From assembly GCF_009914755.1 (NCBI RefSeq), contig NC_060930.1: DNA of 64,000 nt; one strand, written 5' to 3'. The stretch's first letter is position 1. The number at the start of each line of letters is the position of its first letter. A model generated the notes under the pieces. It was not told the origin of the DNA, searched no databases, and saw only the letters and a list, made by a program, of their open reading frames with translations. This DNA is from the human T2T-CHM13v2.0 reference genome, Homo sapiens. This document shows positions 36,541 through 48,860 of this stretch, one piece after another. Made by a program: the position numbers and the translations under genes.

Positions 36541-36924
36541 GCCTCATCCAACCTTGAAAATATGCAAAATTTCCTAAGAAGGAGAACTGAAAGGAGGGCA
36601 TTGCCACAGAGCCAGAGCATTAAGAAGATGGGAGGGTGTCAGGAAGATCTAAGTCTTGCAGAAGGGAGGTTTCCAGGCCAGCAGTAAGAACTCGACTGTC
36701 TTTTCTAGGATGTGTGTGTGTTACTGTCTCCGACCCTAAGATTGCTTCATTGTAGGGGAGGGGATTTGGGGTTCTATGATTTCCCAGGACCCCCTCTGGG
36801 AAACCCAAACCACCTCTGAGTAAGGGCAGAAGGGTCTCCTTGTAAATCCTACCCCCAAGAACTTCAGGATATCGAGAATTTAGAGATTCTATGACCCAGT
36901 TGATCCAATACCTTCTGTTCAATT

Positions 36925-38130
36925 TGGATCAATAAACATGTGCCAGACACTAAATGCTAGAAATGATTAAGTGACAGTCCTTCTCACCAGAAAGATTATA
37001 GTCTAGTGAAGATGATAGACACATAGAAAAAAAATCAATATGAATGATAAATGCAAAGATAAAATTCATGGTCCTTCTCCATACTTGGGACGTCAGCTCA
37101 GGAGGAAAGAACACACTAGCTGAGCCTTGAAGGCTGAGCAGGTGATCGGTGAGGAAGGTGGGGAGCAGCACTCGGGTTAGAGAACATCGCATATGCAAGG
37201 TCCTGGAGGTGTGGAACAGCAGTTTGTGTTTGATTATTAAAGCAAATCCTTGGAGACAGGGAGTGATATGAGATGAGGCTGAAGAGATGAGCAGGATCTC
37301 ACCATAGGAGGCTTTGTGGAACTGGCTGAGGAGCTTGGGCTCAATCCTTCAGAGGACTGAAGGGCTTTCAGCAGGATCTAACCTGGTTGCTTTGCATTTT
37401 AGAAGCACCCCTTTGGCAACAAAGAGGGCGAGGGTTTCCACTGGGCAAGACTGAAACCTAGGAGGCTGACAAGGGAAAGTCTGCTATACTTCACCCAAGA
37501 TATGAAGAAGGCCCAGATCAAGGCACTAGTATTAGGTTAGAGAATAGAGGACTGGGTTAAGAAACACTGAAAAAGGGGAAGAGATGAGAAAAGGCCAGGG
37601 ATGGAGAAGGAGGCACCTGGGCGACTGTAGACTTCTATCTTGGGTGACTGAATGAGTGTGTTGCCTTTAAGATTTGGAACACAGAGAGAGAAGCAGGTTG
37701 GTGGGAGGGGATGATGGGTCATTCTGGATTTGGTTAAGTTCATGATAATCAAGTGACATTTAGGTGGATGCTTTCAGTAGATACCTGGAATCAAGCTCAG
37801 AGGAGAGGCTGGAGATGCAGAATTGGGGAACATCAGCAAAAAGACAGGTTTAAAAACTAAGAGAGTGAGTGAGCCCAGCTACAGAGATCATGTAGAGAAA
37901 AAAGAGAGAAAATCCGTAAACAGACCCCAGTGAGCAGCCATGCTCAGGAGGTGGACAGAAGGGGGGACAACCATGGAGGAGACTAAGCAGAAACAACCAG
38001 AGAGTTAGAAGCCAAGGGAGCATAAGATGTCACGGAAGGAGGAGCCCCAATGTTAAATGCAGCCAAGAGGCAGAGGAAGATCAGGACTGAAAAGTGTCCA
38101 CTGGCTTTGACAGAATGGAGGTCGCTGTGG
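36925..38130 (-). mobile_element. L2 LINE, about 1.2 kb
   Basis: AGCTGAGCCTTGAAGG, GAGATGAGGCTGAAGAG, TGCATTTTAGAA, TGTTAAATGC...AGGACTGAAAAGTGTCCA (antisense L2 hallmarks). Confidence 0.85.
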
Positions 38131-38637
38131 CTGTCTTATCAGGGTCCTGGCAGGAAAGAGATGGGGCTCTTAAGTTGGGAAATTTCTAGAGAGTTGAATA
38201 AAGGGAATCTTGATAACAGCATGGCCTGGTGCAGGGGAAACCCCGAGGAGAGTGCAGTGCACTGGGAGAGGTCACAGAAGGGCACATAGGAAGCTGCTAC
38301 CATGGACCAGAGCACCAAGAAGACAGAAGAGCACCAAAGCCAGGGCCAGGGAGGGCTGAATGCAGAGGGTTGTCAGGGCTTGTGAAGCTGGTGAAGGTGG
38401 ATTGCCCGCAGAGTGAGACCCCAAGGGTAGAGAGTTGTGGAGATCAATTCTCTGACCTCTCTCTCCCCCTTCCAGTCTCCAGCAGAGGCTCCCTATGGGC
38501 CTTACCCACTAGGAAGCCACAAGGCTAGTGAGACAACAGGTAGATGCAAGATCCCCAGGTCAGCCTCTGGGACCAGAGAGCAGGGTGGAAGAGGGTGGAG
38601 AGTAGACATGGAGGGACAAAGAGGACATGCCTAACAT
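38131..38637 (-). mobile_element. LTR33-family solo LTR inserted in L2
   Basis: TCAGGGTCCTGGCAGGAAAGAGATGG...AGGTCAGCCTC...AGAGCAGGGTGGAAGAGGGTGGAGAGTAGA. Confidence 0.85.
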
Positions 38638-39275
38638 GGTTGTCCCCCTAGAGCACTTCAATGGAGCCATGGTGGGGGCGGGCTCAAGACCCACGAGTAA
38701 TGGGTGGGTCATGCAGCAAATGCTTGTCACACCTGCCAGCATCCCCTGAATGCCCTTCCCAGGCATGGTAAATCTCTCATATATGAGTCTGTCTTCCCTA
38801 AGGAAAAATCTTCTCTTTCCCAGCCGTCTTGCAGCTGGGGCGGGCATGTGATCTGGGCTCCACCAATAAGCCCTACCAGTGAGAAGTGTGGATTTGCAAG
38901 AGAGCAAGGTGAGCAGACAGGTGCTGGGGGGAATCTGTTTCTTGATTAGGGTAATAGGCAGCTATCAGCTTTGGGGTCAGCAATTCCAGGCTCTTTGGCA
39001 TCCAAAATCAGTCGTCAGCAGTACCAGCCACAGCTCTGGAGTCAGTAGTCAAGGCTAGTAGGGCCTCCAGCGTAGGAGACTTGGAGCACCAGTCCCCATG
39101 TACAGACCCCAAGGCTTCTCTTGGAAGAGTTTCTGGAAGATTCCTGAAATCTTTTTATTAATTTTATTTCTGCTTATATTAGCTAGAGTAGGTTCTGTTG
39201 CTTGTCACTAGGACACTTACTGATGTGAGAGCTGACTGGGAAGTGAAGACATGGGTATAGGAAAGCAGATTATGC

Positions 39276-39576
<301 letters not shown>

Positions 39577-39699
39577 TAAGAGAAAGAGGAGAAGGAAAGG
39601 AAAATGGAAGAGTTTTGGGTCAACAAAAGGATATTTTTAGGGAGAGAGAGCACCGAGAAGGTTAATGAGCTGGAGGAGGGAACTATGAGAAATGGAGAG

Positions 39700-39830
39700 C
39701 TATAATTATCCCCATCAAGAAGCTAAGAAAACTGAGGTTCAGAGATGTTGACAACCTGCCCAGAGTCATACTGACAGTAAGCAGGAGTGCAAGAATTCCA
39801 GTCCAGGCCTGCTGGCTTGAAAACCTCATC
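39700..39830 (-). mobile_element. MIR SINE
   Basis: AAGAAAACTGAGGTTCAGAGATGTTGACAACCTGCCCAGAGTCA. Confidence 0.8.
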
Positions 39831-41498
39831 CTACAAGCATCCCCTGAAACAGCCAGCCCAGGCCGCCTCATGGAGGGTAGTTTTCATTAGAAATTTTGAA
39901 GTCATAGCTAAAGCCCAATTCAAAAAGACAGAATGACTCCTAGGGACAGGGTGAAGAATGAGCTGATCAGCCTCGGTATGACAGAGAGACACAACTTCAT
40001 GTCAAGTGAGTCAAGCTGGTTTAAAACATGAGACTCTGTATGTAGTGCTAGCTCATCCCACAAGACTGTGTTATCCTGGAGTAAAATCACTGTTCCTCAA
40101 ACAACTGACTGAACTCTATGAAGTACCACATGAAAAGGCTACCGGGGGGAATAAAAAAGCTATGGAATACGCCCCACGACCCCAGTACCACCAATCCCTT
40201 GACAAGTGGGCATTCTGGAACACCAAAGAACCTCCTAAGAGTGCCTAGCTTGTTTCATCAAAGCCAGATCTTCTGATGTGGCATGCCAATGTGTGTTCAA
40301 GGAGAGGAAATGCAGGAACGTTTTCATGGATAAATGCATAGAGAGATTCTGAATTTTCATAGAGTATCCACGGCGTCAGCTGAGTTTGCATAGTGTGTGT
40401 GTTTCAGTTGTGTTTGTGCCTTTATGTGTCAAGGGCTTGTTGAGACATTTGCAGAGTTAATTCATCCTGACAGTCTGGGTTTCTGTGCAGGGTCTGCACA
40501 CATGTATGTGCAGAGTTGACCCATATACATGAAGCCCCTGTCTCATGAGAGTAGTGTCTGTCCACCATAAGCCTCAAAGAGAACAGCCCTATGTAGAAAG
40601 TCTTTTACTGTGTTACAATTAAGAGGCTAATTTCCCAGGTGCTTTTTCAATTGACCATATCGACAAAGTCTTGAAATTTGGTTATTTTAGTAACACATAA
40701 AGCATTTTCCTTGGTTAACACATTGAAGTTTAATTTCAGTAATATTTCCATTAACAACATGTAATTAAAGCATCCAATAAAGATCAGTAATTTACTTAGC
40801 TGGATTTGTGTTATGAAAAAAAAAACAGAAAAGAGAAAAAAATACATTTGTGGAACTCAAATTCCATTCCACTGTTAAATGAATATTACGATTTTTCTGG
40901 GTCTCTTAATTGAAACTCATTTTTTAGCAGGAATATTAAACAAATTAAATTAAGCAAGTAATTTCCCTTTTTAGGATTAAAAAAAAAGATTTCAAGTGGA
41001 AAAGCTCCTCTTAAACACCCATTAGTGGGATGGGGTGGGACAGTAATGTGGGCAAATGTGCTGCTTCTGCTTAAGCAGCAGGAAGCTGATGAGCTGCCAT
41101 CCTGAGTGGGACCCCACACGCTTAAAGAGCTCAGGCCCTGGAGGAGCCCACAGTCTTCCTGACCTGCTTGGCTGAGATTCTATAGGCTCCGGCCCTAAGG
41201 AGGGTAGGCTGAGACTGGTGGCAGCAGCAACTCAAGTGGCGAGAGAAGCCGGGTCTGGGCAGGTCACTAGGGCCAATCCAAATCACGGGCAGGTGAAATC
41301 AGCTCAGGCAAGGCAGTGAGTACAAAACAAGCTTAGGAGTGAAAAGTATCAGTGAGCCACTTCAACCCACATGTTTAATCCTCCCATCTGCCCAGTGAGG
41401 GTGGGCAGAGATTATTTGCTCTGATTTACATATGCAGAAACTACAGCTCTCAGAAGTCACAATTTGAAACTGGGTCTGCCTGGCTCCAAAAGCAGAAG

Positions 41499-41927
41499 TG
41501 TTAGTCTGGGTCCTCAAGAAGCAGACTCCTGGATAAGACTAAATGTGCACAAGATTTAGGAGGGGCAACACCTGTGAGGGAAAAAGCATGGTGGAAGCTA
41601 GGGGTGGCTGGGAGAGCTGTGAGACCCAGATGTTGGTCTGACCCCAGGGTGAAGAAAAGAGAGAAGGAAACTTGCATGGGAGCAGTTTACATTGCAGAAC
41701 CAGTGATGAGATAGCTCCTTGAAGCTGTCAGAATCCTCCAGTCAAAATGTCCCATCAGAGGGGTCCTGAGTCTCGGGAGTGGGCCTGTCTTAGCAGCTGT
41801 GCCATACACAGGCACTGGCTGGGAGCACAGCAGCAGTGAGAGACTTCAGAGCACTCAGCTGGAGGTGCGAGGCCATTGTGCTCCCCACAAGCAGAGATCT
41901 GGGAAGTGCATTTTCAGTGCCACCACA
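41499..41927 (-). mobile_element. LTR16C-like (ERVL) solo LTR
   Basis: TGTTAGTCTGGGTCCTCAAGAAGCAGAC...ACACCTGTGAGGGAAAA...GGCTGGGAGAGC. Confidence 0.8.
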
Positions 41928-42242
41928 TCAATGCTCGCTCTCTCTCTCTCTCTCTTTCAATCCCTACCATGTCAGATGGCCACCCTTTATTCAGACAGAT
42001 TTGGTACCAGTGGCTAACAAGGATAGGGCAGGTGAGGGAAAACAATTCTAATATTAAGTGATTTTCAGGCAGCATTTGGGAGTTGCCCACATGAGGCAAA
42101 TACCCTATGGGTGAACAGGACAGAGGGAGGCAGGACCCATCCAGGGTTGGGGAGAAGATGGGGCAGATGAACAGGGTTGGCCAGAGTTTGCATCCCCAGT
42201 CACTGGGTGGGATGGAAGACTTCCCCAAAAAATGTATTGAAT

Positions 42243-42502
42243 GGCCAGGCGAGGTGGCTTACGCCTGTAATCCCAGCATTTTGGGAGACCGAGACAGGTG
42301 GATCACCTGAGGTCAGGAGTTCGAGACCAGTCTGACCAACATGGAGAAACCCCATCTCTACTAAAAATACAAAAATTAGCTGGGCATGGTGGTGGGCGCC
42401 TGTAATCCCAGCTACTCGGGAGGCAGAGGTTGCAGTGAGCCAAGATTGTGGCACTGTACTCCAGCCTGGGCGACAGAGCAAGACTCGTCTCAAAGAAAAA
42501 AT
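42243..42502 (+). mobile_element. AluS (Sp/Sq-like) with an internal right-arm deletion
   Basis: TGACCAACATGGAGAAACCC; GCTACTCGGGAGGC joins directly to AGAGGTTGCAG; TSD AAAATGTATTGAAT / AAAATGTATCAAAT. Confidence 0.95.
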
Positions 42503-42961
42503 AAAATGTATCAAATGCTAAACAGGGCCACATAAAACCAGGAGAAAGAAACTAGGCACTGATGTAGGCCTTAGAACTGGCTCACCCAAGGTCAAGAGGG
42601 GTCAGGGAGGTTGGGAGTCCCCTGAGCCATACCCTTACCACATTAGGTCCATAGACTGGTGGGCAGCATCAACTCAAGGAGAGAAAGCACACAGGGACCC
42701 ATTTGCCATGGCTTGACTTCCAGGCCCCAGGCCTGTGAGGACCCTTGTCTCACTTCGCTCCACTCTCAGGCTGCAGTTCACAAAGTGTTTGGTTCAGGGC
42801 AGGACCAAGGGACATGGTGTAATCAAAAAGGGGATCCTCCTCCTGAAAATTCCCCAAGTGGGGAAGGCACTGTCTCTGCCTCAGGGCAGCCTCCCATCTA
42901 ATGGAGAAAACAAGCTTTTGGCCCTCAAAGAGTTAGTCCTTGGGCCAATGGAAAAATACAA

Positions 42962-43246
42962 CCCCTGTTTCATGTGAGGGACCTGGTGGGAGATAATTGA
43001 ATCACGTTGTTCTCATGATGGTGAGTCTCACAAGATCTGATGATTTTATAAGCATCTGGCATTTCCCCTGCTGGCACTCATTCTCTCTCTTGCCACCCTG
43101 TGAAGAAGTACCTTCTGCAATGATTGTAAGTTTCCTGAGGACTTCCCAGCCATGCAGAACCATGAGTCAATTAAAACTCTTTTTTTTTTAATAAATCACC
43201 CAGTCTCAGGTATTTCTTCATAGCAGCATAAGAGCAGACTAATACA
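42962..43246 (+). mobile_element. THE1D-like MaLR LTR, 5'-truncated
   Basis: GGGACCTGGTGGGAGATAATTGAATCA...AGCATCTGGCATTTCCCCTGCT...CAGACTAATACA. Confidence 0.88.
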
Positions 43247-43809
43247 TGCCCCCACACACAGCAACAACACTGCCCCCGAAGATATGACTCAGAGGCAGAA
43301 GAACCTCAAATCCTCCACCCGCTCCCCAGGCCCCATCCCAGGAAAGATATCTTGGTGAGATTCCATCCTGAGCCCTACATCCAGAGATACCTCACTAGGG
43401 CAACACTGCCTTCGGTCACGTGAACAGCCCCAGGAAAGTGCAGTAACTCAGTTCAACCATGTGGCTCCATAATCTTGTGTCAACCTCACAGCTGATGATT
43501 ACTCTTTTATCACAGGCTCATAAAGTCTCCACATTGCCATGAATCACGGACACTCTGCCAGCGAGAGCCTGGAAGCCCAGCCAACTCTGAGGGTGTCTGC
43601 TTGATTAGCAGCTGCTGCCATTCATCTGAGGTCACCTTTCATGATTGCAAGGGTCCTTTCACCTGCTTGTCCTGGAAATCAGGGACCAAGTTACTCTCCT
43701 TCTGGTGGTGGAGTCTCCAGCTCCCTTATACTGGACAGATACTAAATGGCTAGGGGTCTCCCATGCAACAGATTAAATGACCTGACAACACGGGGCAGAG
43801 GGAAACATC

Positions 43810-43960
43810 AAGGTTTGAGTTCAAAGGCATTCAACTCTTGGGTCTGCCATTTACTAATTGTATGGACTTGCGCAAGTCATTTTTAAGCCATTCTAACCTC
43901 AACAACCTTGGCTAGAAAATGGGTATTGTGAAGCTTACATGAGATGATGTCTGCAACACA
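43810..43960 (+). mobile_element. MIR SINE
   Basis: TCTGCCATTTACTAATTGTATGGACTTGCGCAAGTCATTT. Confidence 0.65.
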
Positions 43961-44255
43961 CTTTGAAAACAGTAAATCAGTAGACAAGTTAAAATTGCAC
44001 CTGTTATTAAGCCAGGACCCAGGCAACAAAGACCCAAACCAGGCAGACAACTGGAACCAGGAAGGAGGCTGCATCCAAAGGTTAGAGTGTAATAAAAGGC
44101 TAGAGGGAGTACAGAGAAGCCAGAGTTTGAGGCAAGGCAGTGGGCTAAAGGCAGGACAGGAACACTTAGCATTACAAACTAGTGGAACTGGAAAGAACCT
44201 CAGGATCTTCTAGCCTGGTAGTTTACAAAGTTCTGTTTAGTAGGTGAATCTTTGT

Positions 44256-44677
44256 CCAATTAAATCAGGGTTCTCCAGAAAAGCAGAACCAATAAGATGT
44301 GTATATCTAAAGAGAGAGATTTATTGCAAGGAACTGGCTCATGCAGTTATGGAGGCTGGCAAGTTCAGATCTGCAGGGTAGGCTGTCAAGCTGGAGACCC
44401 AGGGAAGAGGCAATGTTGTCTGTAGTCAGTCTGAAGGCCATCTGCTGGCTGAATTCCTTCTTGCTTGGAAAAGGTCAGTGTTTGTTCTATAAAGGCCTTC
44501 AACTTATTGGATGAGTCCCACCCACATTAGGAGGGCAACTGGCTTTACTCAAAGTCCACCAATTTAAATGTTAATCTTATCCATAAAATCTCTTCACAGA
44601 AACATCCAGAATAATGTTTGACTGAATATCTGGGTACCATGGCACAGCCAAGATGATCAATAAAATTAACCATCACA
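44256..44677 (-). mobile_element. MLT2-family (ERVL) solo LTR nested in a hAT relic (about 44213-44835)
   Basis: TCAGGGTTCTCCAGAAAAGCAGAACCAATA...GGCTCATGCAGTTATGGAGGCTGGCAAGT...AAAATTAACCATCACA. Confidence 0.9.
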
Positions 44678-44949
44678 AGATCTTTCACAGAACTCCAGTA
44701 TATGAAATAGATACAAGAGACCCTGCCATCATTGAACAGGGAGTGAGGGAACAGGGCCCACTCACACTACAGTCTTTTGTCCCCTGCAGTGGCTGCAGAG
44801 GCTACAAAGAATCCAGTTTGAAAAACCACTGGTCTAGTTTCCATTGAGTTTGACCTTCACTCAAGAGGTAAGATAATCCATGCTGGTCACACAGCTAATT
44901 CAGTAGAACTGAACTCACCACACTCTCTCCTCTGCTGGTTCACTCCATC

Positions 44950-45080
44950 ATAGCTCCTTCTAGACTGTAAGTCCTTGAGTAGAGGCTGCACTCACCTCTG
45001 CATGCCCAGCTCAAAGCAATGGGCAGACACATAGTAGGTAAACTGTATATTTGCTGAATGAATGAGTGAATAAATGAATT
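44950..45080 (+). mobile_element. L2 3' tail
   Basis: CTAGACTGTAAGTCCTTGAG...ACATAGTAGG...ATTTGCTGAATGAATGA. Confidence 0.8.
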
Positions 45081-46027
45081 CAAGAACAAAGACCATTCAA
45101 TAACTGGAAATCCAAACTGAGAAAAATGCAACACAAGAGGGCAGAAACAGTGCCAGTGCCTCAGAACTAAAGCCTCACATCTGCCCTGCAGTCCTAATGA
45201 GATGGGCCAAGGACGGAATTTCAGAGGCCTCAGGATGTTGAGCAGCTGCTGTTTGCCACACTTGACAGTAAATGCAAACAAAACTTCTCTTTGGCTTTAG
45301 AATGCACTCTACAACTGTTCCTGCAGCAAATTCACTGCAGGCTGGTAGTAAAATGAGTCTGCATTCTGGGAACATGTTCAGAGTGGTGAGAGGAGGCAAA
45401 CAGCTCCAAGACCCTGTGGCAGAAGGAAAAAAGGAGTGTGGTCCTGCGATGGCAGAGTCTAATGAGTAGGGCACCACAAACGGGAGAACCTGTAAATATC
45501 TGGTGGCTAAGCGAGCAAATCCAGAGTAGGCAGTATTGGTCAGAGTCTTGCAAAGATGCTCTCTACCATCAGTACGTCTGAGGGGATCTGGGGAGTGAGG
45601 CAGGATGTTCTGCGTGAAAGAGGAGGTTGTTTGTACACCTAGTGAGGCCTAGGAGCCGATAGGCCTCCCTATACCTGGTAGTTAACTGGGAATGGAGGTG
45701 GACATCTGCCCTGCTCTGTCTCAGGAGCCTCCCAAGGCTGGGAAATCTCCTGCCAGCTGTCAGCACAGCTGTTCTCCAGACCCTAGAGTACTAGAGCTAA
45801 GGGAGAAGGGGGACTTCCCATGCAGAGAAGGAACAATAAGTGAAGGAAAAAGTAATGACAAAGAAACATTTTGGCAACTTTTCTCCCTGCACCTGATCCT
45901 AAAGGGCTTCCTTTTAGGGAGTCTGAAACTAGTGAGGGAGAAGGAGGGGCACGTTTCTACAGTGCTCCATTGCAATTTCAGCAGGACAAACAAGACTTCA
46001 CAGCCTGTCCCCGACCTCCTTCTGGAT

Positions 46028-46205
46028 CAGTGATGCCCAGCCCTGGTTGCCCATTAGAATCATATGGGAGCTTTTTTAAAGTATCGATACCCAGCCCCAG
46101 TCCAGAGAATCTTATTGTATTGGTTTGGAGGGGAGCCCGAGCATTGGTATTTTGTTAAAAGCTACTCAAGCGATTCTAATGTGCAGCTGAGATGGAGAAC
46201 TTCTG
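46028..46205. mobile_element. MER5A hAT-Charlie element
   Basis: CAGTG...CATTAGAATCA..TGGGAGCTTTT...GATTCTAATGTGCAGC...GAGAAC. Confidence 0.85.
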
Positions 46206-46524
46206 CCTTAGATGCTCTGCCCCCACTCCTAAGATTGGCCCCTCCACACCCTCTTCCTGCCCTCCACACACAGAGTCCAGGCCTTTGTATAATGTCATGC
46301 ATTTACACATGTACTTTGGGGTTCCCATTCTTCCTTCTCACCTTCTATCTCTGCTTGGCAAATTCTTCACCCTTCAAGACCCTAGCCACATGTTGTCTCC
46401 TCTCTGAAGCCTTTCTGGATTTCTTTGAGCCAAGCTGAGCCCTACCCACAGCATTGTACTGCTGCCTCTGCCACATGGTACTCCAGTCGTGTAGTCATCG
46501 ACTCCCAGCTAGATGCAAAGATTC

Positions 46525-47832
46525 TTTTGTTTTTAATTTAACTTTTATTTTAAGTTCAGGGGTGCATGTGCAGGTTGTTATATAGATAAACTTGTGTCAT
46601 GGGGGTTTGTTATACAGATTATTTCATCACTCAGGTATTAAGCCTAGTACCTATTAGTTATTTCGTTATTTTTCCTGATTCTCTCCCTCCTCACACCCTG
46701 CACTCTCCAACAGACCCCAGTGTGTGTTGTTCTCTCCCATGTATCCATGTGTTCTCATTGTTCAGCTCCCACTTATAAGTGAGAACATGTAATATTTGGT
46801 TTTCTCTTCCTGTGTTGGTTTGCTAAGGTTGATGGCCTCCAGCTCTGTCCAAGTCCCTGCAAAGGACATGGTCTCATTCTTTTTTATGGCTGCATATTAT
46901 TCCATGGTGTATATGTACCACATTTTCTTTGTCCAGTCTACCACTGATGGGCATTTAGGTTGATTTCATGTCTTTGCTATTGTGAATAGTGCTGCAATGA
47001 ACATATGTGTGCATGTGTCTTTATAATAGAACAATTTATATTCCTTTAGGTATATACCCATTAATGGATTGCTGGGTTGAATGGTATTTCTGTTTTCAGG
47101 TTTTTGAGGAATTGCCACATTGTTTTCCACCATGGCTGAACTAATTTACACTCCCAACAACAGTGTATAAACATTCCTTTTTCTCCCCAACCTCACCAGC
47201 ATTTGTTATTTTTTTTACTTTTTGATAATAGCCATTCTGAATGATGTGAGATGGTATCTCATTGTAGTTTTGATTTGCATTTCTCTGATGATCAGTGATG
47301 TTGAGCTTTTTTTCATATGATTCTTGGCTGCATGTATGTCTTCCCTTGAAAACTATCTGTTCATGTCCTTTGCCCATTTTTTAATGAAGTTATTTGTTTT
47401 TTTTCTTGTAAATATGTTTAAGTTCCTTATAGATGTTGGATATCAGACCTTTGTCAGATGCAGAGTTTGCAAAAATTTTCTCTCATTTTGTAGGTTGTCC
47501 ATTCACTCTGTTGATAGTTTCCTTTGATGTGCAGAAGCTCATCATTGGTTTAATGAGATCCCATTTGTCAATTTTTGCTTTTGCTGCAATTAATTTTGGG
47601 TATTTGTCATGAAATCTTTGCCTGTTCCTATGTCCAGGATGGTATTGCCTGGGTTTTCTTCCAGGGTTTTTATAGTTTTAGATTGTACATTTAAGTCTTT
47701 AATCCATCTTGAGTTAGGTTTTGTATATGATATAAGGATGGGGTCCAGTTTCAATCTTCTGCATATGGCTAGCCAGTTGCCCCAGCACCATTCATTGAAT
47801 AGCGAGTCCTTTCCCCGTTGCTTGTTCTTGTC
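46525..47832 (-). mobile_element. L1PA (old primate, about L1PA11-15) 3' 1.3 kb, 5'-truncated
   Basis: AAGTTCAGGGGTGCATGTGCAGG...CTCCCACTTATAAGTGAGAACATG; antisense ORF2 end up to GCTAGCCAGTT.CCCAGCACCAT. Confidence 0.95.
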
Positions 47833-47856
47833 TTGAGGTAGACATAATTCATGGAT

Positions 47857-47925
47857 TAATATATATACACATACATATTTATATATTTATATATATATAT
47901 GTGTGTGTGTGTGTGTATGTGTGTT
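47857..47925 (+). repeat. (TA)n(TG)n compound microsatellite
   Basis: Direct reading. Confidence 0.9.
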
Positions 47926-48149
47926 TATTTAGTAATGTATTTAGTGTCTCCTATGTGTCAGATGCTCTGAGGACCAGGGATATGATGATATATAAGATAG
48001 TCAAGTCTTCCCTTTTATATTCCCTGTAGCTCACCTGTCATAAGGAAGTTTAACAAATATCTGTTGAATTAGTGAAAGACTTTCTGATGGAAGAAAGATA
48101 GGCAAGGTAGCATGCTGGTTAGGAAGTATGGCAGAGACAGTGCTTTAAT

Positions 48150-48860
48150 AGGCCACTGGGAGATTTCATCTCTCAGTCCACCGTGATGTCAGATGGGGTC
48201 TGGCACTTGGGATGTGAGCAGAAGTAAAGTCAGCTGCTTCCAGGTTTGACCTTAAACACAACTTATGCAATCCCACTTTTCTCTTCCTTTGCCTCAATGA
48301 CCTTGGAGGACACATTGACATAGCCACAAGATGGAGGAGGGCTGTCCAGCTCTCCAGGCTTTAAGGGAATGAGAAAGAAACATTTTGTGCTTGACCACTG
48401 AGATTTGTGAACCAATGTCTTACAGCAGGGAAGTCTGCCTTATCTTGACTAGTACGGAATGCCTTTGCTATAAGTAAGAGCACATGAGTGGAAGTGGGGA
48501 AAGATAGAAGTTTTCATCTCTGATGATAAAACTTGCAGAGGTAGGTGGTGTCTGGGGTTGAACAGCAACTCCTTCACATTAAGAAGGGCCCAGGCCCTCT
48601 CCATCCACCAATTCTGCCACCTTCAGTGTGTCAGCGTGTCTCTACTCTGCTCAAAAAGCAGCTTCTGCAGTTCCTGGCATAATTCCCACATCACGTGAGT
48701 GTCCAAACACAGTGAAGAAGCGGGGAGGCAAAGGCACCCTCTCATCATCTTTCCCATTTTAGGAAAGAACAAAGTCTTTTCCAGGAGCCCCAGCAACTGC
48801 CCCTTATATCTCAGGGGCCAGAATTGGGTCACGTGGCCAATTCTGGCTGCAGGTCAGGTG
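48150..48860. mobile_element. Two opposed old MLT1 LTR fragments
   Basis: + copy ends CCACTGAGATTT...CCTTATCTTGACTAGTAC (about 48455); - copy has GGCCAGAATTGGGTCACGTGGCC. Confidence 0.6.
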
